Positions 1-11,779 of a stretch of 64,000 nucleotides of DNA are shown here, piece after piece (positions within the stretch are counted from its first letter, which is position 1; every line of letters starts with the position of its first letter). Made by a program: the position numbers and the translations under genes. The stretch comes from Heterodontus francisci. Its lineage: Eukaryota. The DNA lies in contig NW_027140807.1 in assembly GCF_036365525.1 (NCBI RefSeq), positions 1,426,001-1,490,000 of the forward strand. Direction: 5' to 3'. Below the pieces are notes generated by a model. That model was not told where the DNA came from. It did not search any database and saw nothing but the letters and a program-made list of their open reading frames with translations.

Positions 1-110
1 TCTGCCACTCGAACGGGCACTGAACAGATGCAGATCCGCATCCGATCAGCCAGGGCTGCTCTTCACGGAATGCTGGGTTAAATGCACCCGTTTGAAGGGA
101 GACGTGTGAG

Positions 111-149
111 GGTTTTTGTCAAGGCGGCCAATGACTCTGAACCGCTGTG
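111..149 (-). other. 23-RSS of V1
   Basis: CACAGCG (143-149), 23-nt spacer, ACAAAAACC (111-119). Confidence 0.95.
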
Positions 150-883
150 TCCCATCACCAGCTGCACAGAAATACACCGCCTCGTCCGTGGCGTTCACAC
201 TCTCGATCGTCAGAGTGGATTTCTTATTGTTCAGAGTCCTGGTAATAACAAACCCGCTCTTAAATCCATCTTCATACTGAGGTTCACCTGCTGTATAGGT
301 AAACCCGATTAACAGGAATCCTCCGCCGGGGGACTGACGATACCAGTACATGTAGTTGCGAACTGTTCCTTTCTGCAGACAGTTAATTTCCACGGGTCCT
401 GGTTGTTTAACAGCCAGTGACTGAGGCCATTGATGTATCACATCACCCCGGCAAACACCTAGAAAGAGAAATTAGAGTGAATGAACTAGTATCGATGGAG
501 TTACAATTGAGACGATGGACGTCGGTGTTGCACCAAATTAACGACGGAAATTCGGTCTGTGTCCTAATTTCCTGCAAGCACCTGGATCTTTACAACTGTA
601 AAATAGAATCGTGGAATCCACAAGTTTGCAAGTGGGTGCAAACATTAAAGAGTTAACATCATATTAATAACACTTGTCTTCCCGAACTAGGGGACAGATG
701 AATGAGTTCACTGTCTGATATGAAATAATCGATTACTGATTTCACAAGTCACCGCCGCTCAGTTTTATAGAGATTATTAATCATCCCTTTCAGTTAAACA
801 AATGTAGAAGATTGATTGGGACAGAATTTTAACCTACTCAGCGCCAGAAGGGAAATAGCAAAGACGATGAAACTGAAAGACAT
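150..883 (-). CDS. TRBV: TCR beta V gene segment V1 (leader exon 838-883, V exon 150-458)
   Basis: Leader MSFSFIVFAISLLAL with phase-1 GTAGGT donor; TTTCTAG acceptor; V exon VCRGDVIHQWPQ..C..WYRQ..DEAVYFCAAGDG, open frame, followed by a 23-RSS. Confidence 0.92.
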
Positions 884-1639
884 GTTTGCTGTGGATCTGA
901 GAGACTTTCTGCTGGTTACTCTGGGTTTTAAGGGAGGGAGAGAGATGAGGTGTAGGCAGAGCGGATCGTCATCAAAGGAAGTTATCTCAAGGCAATGATC
1001 CCCGCCCCTACCTTTAAGTTGTCCCCCATTCTTTTGTTTGCTTCCTTCCGCCCCTTTCCACTTGTTTCTTCTCTCCATTTCCCTCCTTCCTCCCCACTTT
1101 CTACTCTGCTGCCAATATCTTCACTCTCTTCCCTTTGTGAGCTTGCTTTCATGCTGAATCGAGGGAAATTTTGAAGGTAGCGAGGTGTTGGAGAGGGTAG
1201 GTGAAAAAAGCAAGGAGCGGTGCAACAATAGCTGCTTTGGGTGACTCCAGAGCTTATGGCGCACAACAGGGGATTATTAACATCCTTTTGCAAATTAAAA
1301 TCAGTAGTGGAGGAAGAGAAGGTGGATAGTTCGATGGCAGTGGCGGCGGCTCATATAACATCACTGTAAAGTGGAAATCTAACTGCATTTAGCCTTTAAA
1401 GTGAAAAGATTGCGGAAGCAGAGGAATTGACTCATTGATCAGCGGCGCCAAAGCCTGTGGTGGCGCGAAATATAGTGGAGCCACTGCGCCGACCAGTGGC
1501 AGCATGGTGCAACTGCAACAAGCTGTGTTTGTTACTTTCCCAGTGAAACCCATGCTGTGGGCTTCTTCAAGTCAATTCCCGAAATTCATCCTCCTTCTCA
1601 GTGTTTCATCCTCTCCTGCAGAGGATTATTACCCGCAGA

Positions 1640-2030
1640 ATTAACGATACAAATTCAGTCTTTGTCCTAATTTCCTGCCAGTATCTGTACAGATGTAAAG
1701 CAGAAGAGTGAAATCTACATGAGCAAAAGTGGGTGTAGATGTTATATGGTTAACAGTATATTCTTCACACTTTTGTTGCCAAAAAAGGGGGAACAGATTA
1801 ATGAGTTCACTGTCTTATATTCAATAATTGATTGCTGATTTCACAAGTCACCGCCGCACAGTCTTGTTGAGATCATTAATCAGTTGATCAAATGTAGAGC
1901 AGTGATTGTGACAGAATTTAAACATACTCAGCGACAGAAGGAAAATAGCAAACGTCGATGAAATTGAATGGCATGTTTGCGGCGGAATTAAGACACTTTC
2001 TGCTGGTTGCTCTGGGTTTAAGGGAGCGAA
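1640..2030 (-). pseudogene. Orphan V1-family leader and intron relic (frameshifted leader about 1928-1975, no V exon)
   Basis: Aligns by eye to 538-930; leader ATGCCATTCAATTTCATCGACGTTTGC has one extra base; no V exon or RSS at the expected position. Confidence 0.75.
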
Positions 2031-2034
2031 GCTG

Positions 2035-3635
2035 AGGGAGGAAACATTATTTGGATTAGCATCCTTGAAAGTTGATAAATCACCAGGGCCGGATGAAATG
2101 AATCCGAAGCTGCAAAAAGAAGCAAGAGAAGAAATAGCAGAGGGTCTGACCATCTTTTTGCAGTCCTCACAGGTGTGGTGCCGGAGGATTGGAGAATTGT
2201 TAATGTTGTGCCTCCGTTTAAAAAGGGAGAGAAGGATAGACTGACTAATTACAGGCCAGTCAGTCTGACCTCAGTAGTGAGAAAATTATTGCAATCTATT
2301 CTGGGAGACAGGAAAAACTGTCACTTAGAAAGGCATGGGTTAATCAAGGATAGACAGCATAGATTTGTTAAGGGACGATCTTGTTTTATCAACTTGATCT
2401 AATTTTTTGAAGAAGTAACAAGGAAGATAGATGAGGGTAGTGCAGTTGACGTGGTCTACATGGATTTTAGCAAGGCTTTTGAAAAGGCTGCACATGGCAG
2501 ACTGGTTCAAAAAAAACAAAATCCCATGGGATCAAGGGAAATGCAGCAAGGTGGATACAAAATTGGCTTAGTGGCAGGAAACAAAGGGTAATTGTTGATG
2601 GGTGTTTTAGCGACTGGAGGGCTGTTCCCAGTGGCGTTCCACAGGGCTCAGCACTGGATTCCCTGCTTTTTGTGGTATGTATTAACGATTTGGATGTAAA
2701 TGTAGGGGGGCATTTTCAAGATGTATGCAGACAACACAAGGATTAGCCGTGTGGTAGATCGCGAGGTGGATAGCTGTAGGCTGCAGGAAGATATTGATGG
2801 TCTTGTCAGATGGGCAGAAGAGTGGCAAATGGAATCCAACTTGGAGAGGTGTGAGGTGATGCATTTGGGGAGGTCAAACAAGGCAAAGGAACATACGATT
2901 AATGGGAAAATACTGAGAAGTGTAGAGGAAGTGAGGGAACTTGGAGTGAATGTCTCCAGATTACTGAAGGTAGCAGGACAGGTCGATAAGTTGGTTAAGA
3001 AGGCATATGGAATCCGTTCCTTTATTAGCTGAGGTATGGAATACACGAACAGGGAGGTTATGCTGGAACTGTATACATCATTGGTTAGGCCACAACTTGA
3101 GTACTGTGTGCAGTACTGGTCACCTCAATGCAGAAAGAATGTAATTGCACTGGAGAGGGTACAGAGGGGATTTACGAGGATGTTGCCAGAACTGGAAAAT
3201 GCAGCTGTGCGGAAAGATTGGATAGGCTGGGGTTGTTCTCCTTGGAACAGAGAAAGCTGAGGGGAGGTCTGTTAGAAATGTAAAAAATATTGAAGGGGCC
3301 TGGATAGAGTGGAGGTGAAAGGTCTATTCATCTTGGCAGAGAGATCAGTGACGAGGGGGAAGAGATTTTATGTGATTGTTAGAAGAATTGGAGGGGAGAA
3401 AAGGAAAACCTTAGAAGTGGTGGGGGTCAGGTACTCGCTGCCTGAAAGGGTAGTTGAGGCAGACACTCTCAACTCATTCAAAGGAGTCTGGATATGCACC
3501 TCAAGTGCCGTAATCTGCAGGGCTATGGACCAAATGCTGGAAGGTGTGATTTGAATAGGTGGATTGTTTTTCAGCCGCCACAGACACGATGGGCCAATTG
3601 GCCTCTTGCTGTGCCTTAAACTTTCTACGATTCTA
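2035..3635 (+). mobile_element. CR1-clade LINE, 5'-truncated and degenerate (RT and 3' tail)
   Basis: Fragments VPEDWRIVNVVP..NYRPVSLTS, YADNT, LVRPQLEYCVQYWSP; multiple stops and frameshifts. Confidence 0.92.
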
Positions 3636-3779
3636 TTGGAGTGATAGAGTGTATGTGAAAGTGCCAAGGAATGAGAGAGAGACATAGTGCGAGACAGAGT
3701 CAGAGAGGATGATATGGTGAAAAACAGTTAGAGTAAAAGAGAGGCAGTGATAGAGATAGATGGAGAAAGGGAGAAAAAG

Positions 3780-4200
3780 ATCTCTGTCTATTTATCTATA
3801 CAGCTATCTATCTATCTCTGTAGCTATCTGTCTATCTTTCTCTCTATCTATATATCTGCATGGCTGTGTGTCTGTCTGTCTATCTGTGTCAATTTGTCTC
3901 TCTATCTGTATGAATCCGTCTGTCTGTCTTCATATCTACCTATCTGCATATCTGTCTGTCTATCTAACAATCTATTTGACTATTTGTCTATCTATCTGTC
4001 TGCCTATCTGTCTGTCTATCTATCAATCTGTCTACCCATCTGTCTTTNNNNNNNNNNNNNNNNNNNNNNNNNNNNNNNNNNNNNNNNNNNNNNNNNNNNN
4101 NNNNNNNNNNNNNNNNNNNNNNNNNNNNNNNNNNNNNNNNNNNNNNNNNNNNNNNNNNNNNNNNNNNNNNNNNNNNNNNNNNNNNNCTATCTGCCTGTCT
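3780..4200. repeat. (TATC/TGTC)n microsatellite with internal N run
   Basis: Direct inspection. Confidence 0.9.
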
Positions 4201-4499
4201 CTGCTGCCTATGGCATGGTGCTGTACACCAATTGGCTTCCGTGTTTTAAGTACACTGCTCTCTGAAATGACCTAGCAAACTCTTCAGTTATCTACAAGGC
4301 AGCACACACCTTCTCCAGGGCAATTAGCGATGTTGAATAACTACTGGCCTTCTCAGAGGGACCCAGGTCCCCAGAATGAATAAAAAAAAATCAAAGCAAG
4401 AGAAGAAGTAGCAGAGGATCTGACTATCATTTTCCAGTTCTTAATTGGCTGTTAACTGTCTTGGGGCGTCTTGAAGTCGTGAAAGACCTGATATAACTT

Positions 4500-5030
4500 T
4501 TTTTCTTATTCCTTCATGGGACGTGAGTTTCTTTCACAAGGCCAGCAATTATTTCACAACACTGATTACCCTTGAGAAGGTGGTGGTGAGCTGCCTTCTT
4601 GAGCCATGGGGGGTAGGTACACCCACAGTGCTGTTGGGAAGGGAGTTCCCGGATTTTGACCCAGTGTCAGTGAAGAAACGGTGATATAGTTCCAAGTCAG
4701 GATGGTGTGTGACTTGGAGGGGAACTTGCAGGTGGTGGTGCCCCCATGTATTTGCTGCCCTTGTCCTTCTAGTTGGTACAGTTGGTTGGTTTGGAAGGTG
4801 CTGTCTAAGGACACTCGATGCTTTGCTGCAGTGCATCTTGTCGATGGTACACACTTCTGCCATGTGATAAAGGGAGTGAGTGTTGAAGGTAGTAGATGGG
4901 TTGCTGATCAAGAGGGCTGCTTTTTCCTGGATGGTGTTGAGCTTCCTGAGTGCAGTTGGAGCTGCACCCATCCAGGCAAGTGGAGAGTATTCCATCACAC
5001 TCCTGACTTGTACCTTGTAGATGATTGATA
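4500..5030 (-). mobile_element. L2/CR1-group LINE 3' fragment
   Basis: YKVQVRSVMEYSPLAWMGAAPTALRKLNTIQEKAA resembles the LINE RT C-terminus; a related tail also occurs at about 9450-9630. Confidence 0.7.
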
Positions 5031-5064
5031 CTCTATCGATCACTTCACAATGGTGATGTTAACT

Positions 5065-5210
5065 TTCTGTCTTATTTAGATCATTAATTAACCTATTATT
5101 TAATCAAGTCTGAGACAGCGACAGTGATTTAGTTTTAACATACACAGTGCCAGAAATTAAACAGTGTAGACGAGGACTTTGAAATTTTGCAGGGGATCTG
5201 AGGCACATCT
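5065..5210 (-). pseudogene. Second degenerate V1-family leader relic (about 5144-5186)
   Basis: Homology to 770-910 and 1860-2000; GTATGT donor retained, in-frame TAA, no ATG, no V exon. Confidence 0.55.
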
Positions 5211-5376
5211 CTTTCTTTCCTTCTCTCTCTTCCTCGTACCTTCTGCTATTCCCTGTCATTCAGCCCTTGATGAAGGTTCAGGAATCCGGGAATCACCAGC
5301 TTGGAAAATGGCTGGTGTGGCAGGGAACCATTGTCACTGCTCCTGTCTGTCAGTCAGTTGTGTTGTTCACCCTGTT

Positions 5377-5415
5377 GGTTTTTGCACTGGCACTAAGGCA
5401 GTCTGCAGCGCTGTG
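5377..5415 (-). other. 23-RSS of V2
   Basis: CACAGCG (5409-5415), 23 nt, GCAAAAACC (5377-5385). Confidence 0.93.
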
Positions 5416-6231
5416 CTCACTGGCTGCACAGTAATACACTGCCGCATCCGCAGCCTTAACCTTGAGGACCCTCAGGCTGCATCGTCTCTCCTTGGGCCTT
5501 AAAATCTTCACCTCCTCCTCAAATTTTCCTTCGTATGTGACTGGGATTCCATTAATAAAATGACCCATTAGGGTGAGCCCCTGCCCGGCATACTGCCGAT
5601 ACCACAGCATAACGCTCTTACTACTGTCATTCTGGTAACACTTTAATTCTGCTGGTTCACCTCTCTTCCCCACCACCAGAGTTGGCCACTGGTGTATCAC
5701 CTCTGCTAGAGTTTTGCCTTGAGAAATAAGGAGAATAGTTTAAAAAGTTTAGAACATATTGTGACATATGATAACCAACTATAACTATCCAAATAGATAA
5801 GTAGATAATACTAGATAACTATATAGGCAGACAATATATCGTTAAATGATATATTTGTAGATATATAGATAATACACAGATAGATATAGAGATTGTAAAA
5901 TAATGTAGCAAGTGATATGAGACAGACAAATTAATCCAGAATTAGGGAAAACTTATCGGTTAAAGATAGGTATAGTAGCGTCACGAATATATAAGTAATT
6001 TTTATTCAGTCATAAATTTCATTAAGTAAATATTATTGACAGTGAAAGTAAAGTAAGTAGTTTAAGAAATGACAGAAAATCGACTGCAATGATGTTTTAT
6101 CAATCTAGTTTGATAGAAGTTAGTAGTGAATGAAAACACAGCATGTATTTTAGCACAGGTATCTTTATGAACGATGAATACCTACATGGAAGAAGAGAAC
6201 AGACGATTAGGAAGAGTTTGACTAACTGCAT
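5416..6231 (-). CDS. TRBV: TCR beta V gene segment V2 (leader 6186-6231, V exon 5416-5717)
   Basis: MQLVKLFLIVCSLLP, phase-1 GTAGGT donor, TTTCTCAAG acceptor; KTLAEVIHQWP..C..WYRQ..DAAVYYCAASE; 23-RSS. Confidence 0.92.
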
Positions 6232-7350
6232 CCTGCAGACTGAGGGCTGAATCTGTTCATGAACCAATATCAGGCGGCTGAAGATAAAGCAGAGAGTGGA
6301 AATGACAGCACTGGAAGCAGGGTTTCCTTCTGACCCCTCACTTCTGGGTATGACAGAATAATAACACCCACTGGTCGGAAGGAGCTTGAATAAGGAAATG
6401 CTTCCCGTCTGTATCTGGCTCTCGTTGCTTGTGTCTGATTGGTGTTGCATTGGGTAGCTCTTTTCCCTGTGCTAAACGACAATTCAAGGGTTATGTTTTA
6501 CATTGGGGTGAAATCTTAGATACTTTGAAAAGCGACAGTGTCATGAAGAAGTGGGTTAACTGTTTTGAACAGATGCTCAAACCGCCGTCAGGAGGCAGGT
6601 CTTCCAGTGAGAGACCTCTCTGGGGAGGTGTCTCACTTTTGCATTGTATGAATCATCGTGGACATGTACAATAGGGAGCTATGTGTAACTCTTGTCACAT
6701 ACCACCGACAGCTCATTCAACAGGACCATAAACCCATTTACCCCACCTCGGAATCTGTTCTTTACAGGTAGAGGCTGCCTGAACGAGAAGGATCTGAGCA
6801 CATTGCTGCAGCATTTTTAATAATTCATAATGTATTGATGTACTCTGAGTCGAAGGAGAGCAAGAAGGTGAAACTATCAGTAAAATACAAATCATGATGC
6901 ATCAATAATTAAACTGGTATGGTGTAAATAATGGTGTTAGATAGATGATAAACGTCAGATGTATGGTGGATGCATATTTAGAGAGGTGAGAGACGGAGAG
7001 ATAAATCGATGACAAATATATATATAATCAAGGTAAATAGATAGATAAATAGTGCAAATAACCNNNNNNNNNNNNNNNNNNNNNNNNNNNNNNNNNNNNN
7101 NNNNNNNNNNNNNNNNNNNNNNNNNNNNNNNNNNNNNNNNNNNNNNNNNNNNNNNNNNNNNNNNNNNNNNNNNNNNNNNNNNNNNNNNNNNNNNNNNNNN
7201 NNNNNNNNNNNNNNNNNNNNNNNNNNNNNNNNNNNNNNNNNNNNNNNNNNNNNNNNNNNNNACAGAAACCTGCAGATAGTCAGAGAGACAGAAAGACACT
7301 GAGATAGACAGACGGGTTCATCTCCCACAAGTGCTTTCCTCCCCCTTTAG

Positions 7351-7389
7351 AGTTTTTGCTGAAATCTGGCACCTTTCTGAGTCACTGTG
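7351..7389 (-). other. 23-RSS of V3
   Basis: CACAGTG (7383-7389), 23 nt, GCAAAAACT (7351-7359). Confidence 0.92.
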
Positions 7390-8283
7390 CAGACTCCAGG
7401 CACAGTAATACACGGCTGATTGATTCACCCACAGGCTGGTGGACTCCAGGGAAAAATGGGTGTTGCTGGGTCTCCTGGCGGTGAAACCGCCAACCTCTCT
7501 GGAGGGAATGACTGTTCCGGCAGAGGTGGAATAGAAAAGGTTCTCGGGCTCACGGTCCGGATGCCACGGGTACCAGTGGATATCGGAGCCAGCATCTGCC
7601 TTTGTGTAAATACACTGGATACTGACTGGAGAGCCTGGGGAATAGGATATGGAAGCGGGAATCTGTTGCATCAACACGGCCCCCACATCTGTAAAACAGA
7701 GAGAGAGAGAGAGAGAGATAAACCCAGGGACAATGTTTAAATTGACATCGGCCACGAAGAGGGGAGAGGCACGATGGGCTGAATGACCTGCTGTGTGCCC
7801 TAAATGTCCCGTGTTTCTTCGTAAGAAGGGAGAGGTGGGAGACGGGGAGCTGCAAAGAGAGAGAGAGACATAGAGTGAAAAAGAGTGAGAGAAAAGGAGA
7901 GAAGCAGAGACAGAGAGAGAGAGAGAGAGGGAAGCACAGACAGAGAGAGAAAAACAGCAACATTCTAGACATCGGCAACAGACATGAAGGAGCTAAGAGG
8001 ACAGGGAGAGAGAGTAAGAGAGACAGAGAGACAGGGAGACTGGGAGGGACAGACATAGAGGAACATTTATTGTTAGACAGAGAGAAAGAGAGATAGAGAA
8101 AGGGATACAAAAAGAGAAAGAGAGCAGCTAAATTAACAATCACAGTGACGGTGCCTTGTAAGGGGGTAAACTCCCAATGGGGTCACACAGGGAAAGAGCA
8201 GTGAAGATGACTGACATCTCCCAGTCGAGGTCCACCTTACCCCTTAACACCAGCAACACAACGCAGAGGTGAGACACAGTCAT
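7390..8283 (-). CDS. TRBV: TCR beta V gene segment V3, CAWS family (leader 8241-8283, V exon 7390-7688)
   Basis: MTVSHLCVVLLVLR with GTAAGG donor; TTTTACAG acceptor; DVGAVLMQQIP..C..WYPW..NQSAVYYCAWSL; 23-RSS. Confidence 0.88.
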
Positions 8284-8700
8284 CTCTGGAGGGAGACAGA
8301 TCCATGTGTTCATTGTGTGAAATCACTGAGCTGGTTTATTGCAGAAAATCTCAATGTTCTGAGTGACATTTACTGTCTCCTCCTCCCCACTGTTTCATGT
8401 TCCCATTGGGGGGAGGGAGGGGGTGCAAATTCCTGATGGTTCATTGGCTCCCACATGTTGACATGTTGACAGGTCATTTCATGGGCTGAGCTAAGGAGGC
8501 CTCAGGCGAATCCGGGGTGCTCTGGTCACTATTAAAGACCAAACATGATGAAGTCCAACTGCGTTTTTTTTTTTTGTGTGTCTGTGAAATAGTTGAGAAG
8601 TGAAACATTTCAGAAGCAGCCAAGTTGACCTGTGGAGCTGCTGTGGGTAAAGCTCACTCTGTCTGAGCATGTTCTGGGCAGCGGCTACAGTGGAGTAACA

Positions 8701-8716
8701 CTGGCACCTAGTGGCT
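8701..8716 (-). promoter_or_regulatory. CTCF-like motif upstream of V3
   Basis: Minus strand CCACTAGGTGCCAG, close to the CTCF core consensus. Confidence 0.4.
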
Positions 8717-9029
8717 CCAGGTGCAACTGCAAGCACTGATTCTGCAGGCGTTTCATTGTCAGATACTGAACCTGTTTCAGTCATTAGTTATATTCTCCTA
8801 CTCGACTCGTGTTGGCGCTTGTGGCACAGAACTAGATGGAAGTTAATGCAAAGATCCGCGCCATTCGGCCCGACAGTTCTCTGCTTCACTCAAGCCTCAA
8901 CCAGTCAAATACATTTTGACGTGCAGTCACTGTTGTAATGGTAGGAAGGAGGCAGACAAGCTGCAAGATCAAGTGCAGGGTTATTCAGAAAGAACAGGGA
9001 GTGGGAGCAATTGGACAGGGAAGATGAAA

Positions 9030-9320
9030 ATAAGGGATCATAAATGTAAGGTAGTCCTTAATAAATCCAATTGGGAATTCAGGAGGAGGTTCTTTAACCC
9101 AGGGAGCGGTGAGAATGTGGAATTACAGACCAAATGGAATGGGTTGAGGTCGAATAGAGACGATGCAGTTAAAGGGGAGCTGAATAAATACATGAGTGAG
9201 AAAGGAATAGAAGAATCTGTTGATAGGGTAAGATGAAGAAAGATGGGAGGAGGTCGCTCTTTCGAGCTGCCAGGCCAGGATCGATGGGCTGAATGGCCTG
9301 GATTTGACCTGCATGATACG
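9030..9320 (+). mobile_element. CR1 3'-end fragment
   Basis: FRRRFFNPGSGENVE-type degenerate ORF end and GATGGGCTGAATGGCCT tail. Confidence 0.7.
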
Positions 9321-9639
9321 ATGACCCAATAAGACCCGTCAGCCTGCTGCCTTGTTTCGGGGCCAAGACAGTTTTATTTCACCCCCTTCTGCTAAACGGG
9401 AGTTATAGGGTTAAGTTCTTCACCGCACTGAACTCCAGTCATTGTGAAAATTCTTCACTGTCACTGGGTCAAAATCCTGAAACTCCCTTCCTAACAGCAC
9501 TGTGGGTTTACCGACCCTACATGACTGCAGTGGTTCAAGAAGGCAGCTCAGCACCACCTTCTCAATTAGACGATTAGGGATGGACAATAAATGCTGACCA
9601 CAACCAAAATCTCATGAATGAATTAAAAAAGAGAAAATA

Positions 9640-9980
9640 ACCTCAGCAGGGGGGAAAAAACTCCAAAAAATACAACAACATGAAAAACCAAATTGAACAA
9701 CAACTGAAGCAGGGAAGGAAACAAGTACAACAAAAACCTCAGCAGGGAAAACACCAACAAACACAACAACGACCTCAAAAGGAAAACAACGCCAACAAAT
9801 TCAACAACATATCAGCAGGAGATTCAAACACCAACAAATTCAACAACAGATCAGCAGAAGATTCAAGCACTAACAAATTCAACAACCTCAGTCGGAGAAA
9901 AGCACCAGCAAATACAACAACAAATACAACAACAACTTCAGCAGCAGATCTATACCAACAAATGCAACAGCAACTACTGG
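9640..9980 (+). repeat. CAACAA-rich minisatellite (about 35-bp unit, CAACAACTTCAGCAGG..AAACACCAACAAATT)
   Basis: Direct inspection; same family as 11780-12470 (inverted) and 13670-14110. Confidence 0.85.
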
Positions 9981-10132
9981 CAGCCAATGGTAGAGAGCGG
10001 GGCGTGGTAGGAAGGTAGGAAGGTGTTGGACAAACCTGAATCACTTGCTTGAGTCTTCATGTGGCTTCTCACAAGACTCAACTCTCTTCTTTCCACTGAT
10101 TTCCCAATTGCAGGATAAGCTTCCAGTGGAAG

Positions 10133-10625
10133 ATGTATCTGTTACTGAGTCTCATGGTCTTATTTCAAAGTAAGGGATCTTTCTCACCTCCACCCCACAC
10201 CCCCATTGTTTGTGTTAACAGCTCTCTTTCTTATTTTCTTTCTCTCTATCTTTCTCTCCTTCCTTCATTCTTCACATCCCAGATTGTCCCTGTTCACTGA
10301 CCTTCTTCTCTCCCGGTCTCTTCCTTCAGGCGCGATCTCAGCGAGGGTCCGCCAGACTCCCACCGCCGTCTCCAGATTTCCTGGGGAGGGAGTGGGACTG
10401 GAGTGCCGTGTGGAGGGCCAGAGTAGCGGTTACATGTTCTGGTACAGACAGGACCTGGGGAAGGAGCTGCGGCTGATGTTTTACTCCGCAGTTACACCAA
10501 GTGTGAACTCAGAAGGGACGGTGGAGGGTTTCACTGCCAAACGACCGACTGGTTCCCAGTTCAACCTGGAGTCCTCCAGCCTGCAGGAGAATCGCTCGGC
10601 GCTGTATTTCTGTGCCTGGAGTCTG
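10133..10625 (+). CDS. TRBV: TCR beta V gene segment V4, CAWS family, inverted orientation (leader 10133-10169, V exon 10330-10625)
   Basis: MYLLLSLMVLFQ with GTAAGG donor; TTCCTTCAG acceptor; AISARVRQTP..CRVEG..WYRQ..NRSALYFCAWSL; 23-RSS. Confidence 0.93.
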
Positions 10626-10664
10626 CACAGTGACTCAGAGAGATGGAGCAGTTCAACAAAAACA
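10626..10664 (+). other. 23-RSS of V4
   Basis: CACAGTG (10626-10632), 23 nt, ACAAAAACA (10656-10664). Confidence 0.95.
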
Positions 10665-10759
10665 CCAACAGAAACACCTGTTTCAGATAAAAGCCTGCAG
10701 CTCTGTATCCTGTTGGGTTTATCTACTGCAGTGTGAACATGTCTTCGACATGAAGAAGA

Positions 10760-11250
10760 CACAGAAAGATGTTCAAGGATGATATCAGAACTGAGAGGTT
10801 ATAATGATCAGGAAAAGACTGAATAGACTGGGGCTCTTTTCTCCAGAAAAGAGAAGGCTGAGGAGTGACCTGATAGAGCTCTTTAAGATTATGAAACGGG
10901 TTTTGATCACATTATTGTGGAGAAGATTTTTTCCATTTGCAGGTGAGACCAGAAAAAGGGGGAGGGGTCATCAATATAAGACAGTCACCAAAAGATCCAA
11001 TTTGGAATTCGGGAGAAACATCTTCACCCAGAGAGTGGGGAGAATGTGGAACTCATTACCACAGGCTGAGAGGAATAGGCAAGATGTATTTAAGCTTGGG
11101 GGGATGGGGAAGCTGCATCGGACATGAGGGAGAGAGGAACAGAAGGAGATGCGGCTGGGGGCGAGATGAAGAGGGCGTGGAACGATGTTCGTGTGGACCA
11201 AAAAGGCCTACATGGACGTGTCTGGCCGAATGGTCTGTTTCTGTGCTGTA
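10760..11250 (+). mobile_element. CR1 3' fragment
   Basis: RLNRLGLFSPEKRRLRSDLIELFKIM; FTQRVGRMWNSLP; tail motif. Confidence 0.85.
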
Positions 11251-11329
11251 AATTCCCTGCAGCTGGAGCGAGGAGCAGGAACACCAACACTGTGGGACTA
11301 GTCAGTGGAGCTGGGGAACTGACTCCTGG

Positions 11330-11640
11330 GTGAGGAGCAGCTTTTCTTTGTGATCCTCATCTAAACCTGTCACAATCTTGCACACCTCTATCAGGTCTCC
11401 ACTCAATCTCATTTTCTCCAGGTTTTCCAACCTAACCTTGTAACTAAAATCCCCCATCCCTGGAACCATTCTGGTAAATCTCCTCTGCACCCTCTCAAGG
11501 AAACTCACCTCCTTCCTAAAGTGTGGTGACCAGAACTGGATGCAATTGTCCAGTTGTGGCCTAACTAGAGCTTTATAAAGATTCAGCATAACTTCCCATA
11601 TTTTGTAGGCTCTGCCGCTATTTATGAAGCCCAAGATCTC
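11330..11640 (-). mobile_element. CR1 RT C-terminal fragment
   Basis: LYKALVRPQLDNCIQFWSPHFRKEVSFLERVQRRFTRMVPG. Confidence 0.85.
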
Positions 11641-11779
11641 ACAGTTTTGCTAATCTCATATGTTTTGCTATTCCCATATTCTTTGCGACTGTTTCGAAGT
11701 ACAGCCACTGCTGTAATGCAGGAAGTGTGGCAGCCAGTTTCTACAAGGCAAGATCCCACGAACAGACAACGTGCAGAGC

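Noticed and set aside
1521-1560. CACAGCA (minus) near the orphan leader as a relic RSS or germline RAG joint
   Set aside because: The best nonamer is at 20-nt spacing and there is no V-like coding sequence
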